Source: Diplonema japonicum
Lineage: Eukaryota; Protista; Euglenozoa: Diplonemea
Reading direction: 5' to 3'
DNA: 64,000 nt
Assembly: GCA_964019335.1 (NCBI GenBank)
Contig: OZ025662.1
Location: 682,001-746,000 of the forward strand
Part shown: positions 59,847 through 64,000 of the stretch, in pieces
How the letters are laid out: every line of letters begins with the position of its first letter
Position numbering within the stretch: position 1 is the first letter of the stretch
Made by a program: the position numbers and the translations under genes
The notes under the pieces: generated by a model
Database searches by the model: none
What the model was told of the DNA's origin: nothing
The model's input: only the letters and a program-made list of their open reading frames with translations

Positions 59847-61025
59847 ATGTTGAAGTGGATCTTCCTGGTGTCGGTGGCGGTATGTACAGGTCTTCCGGCA
59901 CAGGAGATCAAGTCAAGCGGCGAAAAGATATCTCACGCAATCTTACAAGAAGTGAATAAGGGCGTTAAGTTGCTAGACAAAATACATGACATTATGAAGG
60001 AGGGGAAAGTAAAGGCTGTGCATCCCGACTTTCAAAGGATGGCACAGTCTGAGATCGACAAGCTTCTGGAGACGGACGAGGGGATCGGTGGTGTCTTCTC
60101 TTTATTCTATGGAACGGAGGAGGGGCTGATGAACGGGCTGCAGATTCTAGCGGACAAGTCCCAGCTCATCATTGGACACGCGCCAAGCGATCCCAAGTTG
60201 GAGTGCCCTGATAAGCTGAACAGGAAGCTCTGTGTGACCCCCCCAGGGGTGGCGGCAGGCTATGTTGAGGTGTACGACGTGGGAGAGAACCCTGCGACTT
60301 GGGAGCTGACGCGCCTGTCGCACAACACTACGTACGACCCCAGACAGCATGACTGGTATACAAACTCTCCCGCGCACGTGTGGGGGAGCAGCTTTGTGTA
60401 CAAGCACGACGAGCACTCGTCGGGCATTGCAGTGACCGTGTCACGTGCGGTCATCATCAACGGCAAGCAGGTGGGCACGGCTGCCGTCGACATTGACCTC
60501 AGCGGCCTGGACATGGTCATCGGGTATGCAGCAACAACAGACTTTATACTATATGACAGCCCTTTACGACCGGCTCCTGGTTCAGAAGCCGTTCTTGCTG
60601 ACCCGACCACGGGCAAGGTCATCGCCTCCACACTTCCTGCTGCAAGAATGGTGAGGTTTACGGTATGCTGCTTCACACACCACCATCTTCTCACAGCACC
60701 AGCAAGTTAGCTGCTTCACTCCACCGTTCACGCAGATCTTCAGCCCCTTAGCCCACACACTTGGGGGGCTACACCGCGCTGCTCGAATCGGCCCTGTTCT
60801 GCTGCGAGCCGACCAGGTGATGGGCAACTTGCTACGTTGGGATGCCATCTATTCACACCCGGTATGAAAGAAGCATTCCACGACGCTCCGCAGATCGCCC
60901 TTCAGAAGGACCGAACATGGCTTTTGGTTGTCACAGACGACTCCGAGCATCGAACAGATGCTGCTTCATCTCTGCATTGCAACTTCTTGCTTTTCGCATT
61001 GTTGCTTTTGTGTACCCTTGCATGA
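59847..61025 (+). CDS. Secreted, probably GPI-anchored dCache-domain protein
   Basis: Signal peptide and the Cache motif YDPRQHDWY..WGSSF..VTVSRAV...G..VGTAAVDI.L. Introns 60524-60559, 60663-60696 and 60862-60893 lead to WLLVVT and a hydrophobic C-terminus, FLLFALLLLCTLA*. Confidence 0.7.
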
Positions 61026-61108
61026 TCCCCCAGATGCACGAAACTAGAGACAAGTTTAAAATAGTGTTCTTTCCGAATTCTTGACGTACTCCTTTATTGC
61101 ATAAAGGA

Positions 61109-62368
61109 ATGGTGCACAGCACGCTAGATAGGCTGCGGCCGTCCGAAAGAAAGAGGAGAATACTCTTGGAGAGAACATGCGTTACAAAAACACCCGTCCC
61201 TGGGCCCAAGGAGAACAGGGCAAAAAGAGCACTGCTTGCGAAGGTGAATGAGCCAGCGAAGCTGGTAATCGCTGCGGAGGGCGGGGATGTCACAGTCTGG
61301 AACGTTGCGATCCAGCGATGCGGCGAGCTTGGTGCTGCTAGCGAGCTTGTGCAGATTTACATGAGGATGCACGCCTCAGGCCTGGCGAAGGTACTCCGGG
61401 CAGACACAGGCTGCATCCTCATGACTGCCCTGCGCCGCTGCAGCCTTTTCACCATTGCTAAAAGGCTCTGGTACACTTCAGGCACCTACGATGTGTACAC
61501 GACTTCGGCGGCCATGGCTGCTGCCAGCAGCGCCAACGATCTTCAATGGGGCACCGACATCATGTCTCATGCTGTAACGCCACTGCACTCTTACACCATA
61601 AACCACTACTGCGCACTCTTGTTGCGCGGTGGGAAATACTGCTTGTTGTTCAGCTACTTCAAGAATGTGGATGTAACTTCATCCGTTGTGCTCTTGATGC
61701 TTCATTCCTGCAATTCGGTAGTACAGCTCCAGATGGTATTGGTGCTATTCTCTACGAAGATAGCACTGATGCTGCTCCACTTTACGGTGTGCATGAAGAT
61801 GTACCTCAAGAGCTGTCTCCACGACATGGTGAGGATCATGTACGTACTGATGCTCGAGGCAGGCATAGCACCTGATGCGAGGGCGTGCTTGGTCATGTGC
61901 ATGTCCGAGGCAGCAAGGGGGTCAAGAGAGAATGTTGTTTACTTCGCAAGGAAAGGGCTTGCACTGCGGGATGTCAGTGCGTCAGAGGGCACTCAATTGC
62001 GGCGGTATCTACACAGTAATAATTGTGCAGCACAACGCGAGGCAAGCCATACTATGTTGCCGAGAGCAGAGTTGCGACGGTGGAAGGTGCTGCGGATGCT
62101 GACAGGTGTGGGGTTGAGTACTAGAGACCAGTTGGCAGTGCGTGCGATACGCGCAGCTGTCAAAGTAGCGCGCCCGCTACACGCATTACGAGCTGCGTGC
62201 GCTGCTAGAATCATGAGGCACTTAAGTAACAAGCACAGCCATACAGGGTACCAATATGCATCTTGGCCTCCTCGCTTTGCTCGCATCGTGCCTGTCTGCA
62301 CGCCAGGGGGATGTCGAACAAGCATTGATGGGCTTGTACAACGCAACACATGGCGGGGGCTGGCTTAG
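61109..62368 (+). CDS. PPR-like helical repeat protein; 3' end uncertain
   Basis: Degenerate PPR-like units DVTVWNVAIQRCG, DVYTTSAAMAA and MLEAGIAPDARAC. The ORF tail overlaps the next gene. Confidence 0.5.
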   Translation: MVHSTLDRLRPSERKRRILLERTCVTKTPVPGPKENRAKRALLAKVNEPAKLVIAAEGGDVTVWNVAIQRCGELGAASELVQIYMRMHASGLAKVLRADTGCILMTALRRCSLFTIAKRLWYTSGTYDVYTTSAAMAAASSANDLQWGTDIMSHAVTPLHSYTINHYCALLLRGGKYCLLFSYFKNVDVTSSVVLLMLHSCNSVVQLQMVLVLFSTKIALMLLHFTVCMKMYLKSCLHDMVRIMYVLMLEAGIAPDARACLVMCMSEAARGSRENVVYFARKGLALRDVSASEGTQLRRYLHSNNCAAQREASHTMLPRAELRRWKVLRMLTGVGLSTRDQLAVRAIRAAVKVARPLHALRAACAARIMRHLSNKHSHTGYQYASWPPRFARIVPVCTPGGCRTSIDGLVQRNTWRGLA

Positions 62369-63389
62369 GAACGAAGGCTGGGGCAAAGAGAATGATATAT
62401 GCACGTGGTACGGTGTGACATGCACGGGAGGCCTCGTGGCTGGGCTGTCCCTCGACAGCAACAACCTGATGGGCAGTATCCCTGGCAGCTTTGAGGTAGG
62501 TACTCTCAGCACTCTGGATCTTGGTTCGAACAGCTTGCATGGCACACTCCCTTGCACTCTGTTCACAGAGAACCTCACGTCTATAAAGCTTAGTTCCAAC
62601 GCTATCAGTGGCACTGTACCTACTTGCCTCGAGAGTGCTTCTAGCTTGGTGTTGATCGAGTTTGACAGCAATTCCCTCAGAGGGCAGCTGCCAGAGATGA
62701 GTGGCATGAGTAAACTAGCAGGATTGTACATTTCCTGGAATGAACTCGAAGGAACCCTCCCCAAGGGTCTGATGACATTGACTGCTTTGCAAGGCATATT
62801 CCTGGATGGCAACAAGATACAAGGAACGCTTCCAAGCTTTCGAATGTGTGAGAGCTTGTATCACCTCTGGCTGGACAACAACAGGCTGTCAGGCACTATT
62901 CCTGACGATGTTGCGTCGCCTGTGATGACGGAACTTGAACTGCAAGGAAACCTGCTTCGAGGCTTGGTACCTGTTTTGCCCTTTAAGAATTTTCACAAGT
63001 GTGACTTGGGTAATGGTTATGACTGCCCACTTCCGAGCAATGTTTGCAAACAGGGCTGCAAGTGCTCTGCTTTGTGCACTGACACATGCGACTTTTGGGA
63101 TGACTGTAACTTGGACGGCAGCGCCCCCATGCTGCTGTGCGCCGCATGTGTTGGCAGCATGCTTCTTGCATTTCTTACGAGATGGCTGACAACGCACGAC
63201 ACGACTGCAAGCACCGCATCGTGCACCTCGCACCAGTCGACGGCCTCGAATACCACCCCGCCTGTCACCCCGCAGCTTCCAGACCTTGCTGCCCTGCGCC
63301 CTGGAAGGTGGCGTCTCTCGCTCGGCAATGACTGGGATGTAGATGTGCGCGTGAAGGTGAAAGACAAACCTTTCCGCCCCGCTACGTAA
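62256..63389 (+). CDS. Secreted or surface leucine-rich repeat protein (plant-type LRR with N-cap)
   Basis: Signal peptide, the cap ALMGLYNATHG..W....GW....ICTWYGVTC, about 8 LxxLxLxxNxLxGxxP repeats and a Cys-rich tail. Confidence 0.85.
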   Translation: MHLGLLALLASCLSARQGDVEQALMGLYNATHGGGWLRNEGWGKENDICTWYGVTCTGGLVAGLSLDSNNLMGSIPGSFEVGTLSTLDLGSNSLHGTLPCTLFTENLTSIKLSSNAISGTVPTCLESASSLVLIEFDSNSLRGQLPEMSGMSKLAGLYISWNELEGTLPKGLMTLTALQGIFLDGNKIQGTLPSFRMCESLYHLWLDNNRLSGTIPDDVASPVMTELELQGNLLRGLVPVLPFKNFHKCDLGNGYDCPLPSNVCKQGCKCSALCTDTCDFWDDCNLDGSAPMLLCAACVGSMLLAFLTRWLTTHDTTASTASCTSHQSTASNTTPPVTPQLPDLAALRPGRWRLSLGNDWDVDVRVKVKDKPFRPAT

Positions 63390-63413
63390 AAAGAAGTAGG
63401 AAAGGGGGGTAAA

Positions 63414-64000
63414 ATGCCGCGAATGCTCACAGCAGCTGCTCTATTCAAGGAGACTGACAGCGAGGTGTGGAAGACAGCTGCTGCAGCATATGGCAAATGC
63501 CTGCTTAGGAAAAAGGATCCCGTAATACTTGTGAAAGACGACGCGTACCTTAATGGCGCCTTAGGTGAAGCTATCAAAAAGAGCAAGCTGACAGTTGACG
63601 ATCTAGAGCAGGTGATGCGGTGGAAGCTTGCAAGAGGTAAGTGGCGCCCAAAGCTGCAGGCACTTGTGGCTACGAATACTGCTGATGGTGTCCTGGCAAG
63701 TTGCAAGGCCGCCAATGTGTGCTTGGCGAGCAACAACATAAGAGGTGCCCTGAAGGCATACTGCACCTTGAAAGGGATTGGTGCTGCAACTGCGTCACTG
63801 TTGCTGTCTCTGTCTTGCAACACCTGCCCATTCATGAGTGACGAGGCCTACGAAGCTGCCGTGGGCAGCAAGATAGTCCGATACAGTGAGAAGGAGTACC
63901 TCGCTTTCCAGTCCCTAGTCAGTGACAAGGCAGAGGAACTATCTGTTTCAGCAGACTACATCGAAAAAGCCTTATGGGCACAGCACATGACATTCTCCGT
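63414..64000 (+). CDS. Amun-like helix-hairpin-helix (putative DNA glycosylase-fold) protein, truncated at the window end
   Basis: Absent from the ORF track because it has no stop. My translation gives VMRWKLARGKWRPKL, LKGIGAATASLLLS...PFMSDEA and IEKALW. Confidence 0.75.
   Translation, partial: MPRMLTAAALFKETDSEVWKTAAAAYGKCLLRKKDPVILVKDDAYLNGALGEAIKKSKLTVDDLEQVMRWKLARGKWRPKLQALVATNTADGVLASCKAANVCLASNNIRGALKAYCTLKGIGAATASLLLSLSCNTCPFMSDEAYEAAVGSKIVRYSEKEYLAFQSLVSDKAEELSVSADYIEKALWAQHMTFS

Noticed and set aside
63017-63835. 272-aa minus-strand ORF (and other long antisense ORFs such as 34771-35571 and 35889-36692)
   Set aside because: Shadows of + strand genes with recognisable motifs; no independent evidence.

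Overview
Eukaryotic (protist) genomic DNA. About 20 protein-coding genes all lie on the + strand, often tightly spaced. They are interrupted by tiny GTAT(G)..AG introns of 31-86 nt, and the intergenic DNA is rich in A/T homopolymers. This organisation suggests a euglenozoan, most likely a diplonemid (inference). The main finding is at 15236-32505: three tandem paralogous genes of about 1700-1940 aa after splicing. Each fuses an unknown N-terminal domain, an R-S-E (ExE) mono-ADP-ribosyltransferase (ART) domain, a variable middle region and a complete, divergent alpha-like TUBULIN domain at the C-terminus. The ORF track splits these genes at micro-introns. Other notable elements: a deiodinase-like selenoprotein with an in-frame UGA and an atypical SECIS (56716-57841); a degenerate non-LTR retrotransposon ending in sense-strand poly(T), plus several short 3'-end relics sharing a covarying stem-loop; a MITE nested in one relic; a tandem SpoVS-domain protein with an M/Q-rich N-terminus; a type I membrane protein with GPDGRYPDG repeats, PDZ and EF-hands; and a GPI-type dCache protein. 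Housekeeping genes include UBE2H/Ubc8, an HSD17B4-like SDR with SKL, USP14, ERD2, TRAPPC2L and a mitochondrial carrier. An LRR protein, a PPR-like protein and an Amun-like HhH protein lie near the end. All calls come from manual motif recognition; no database search was run.
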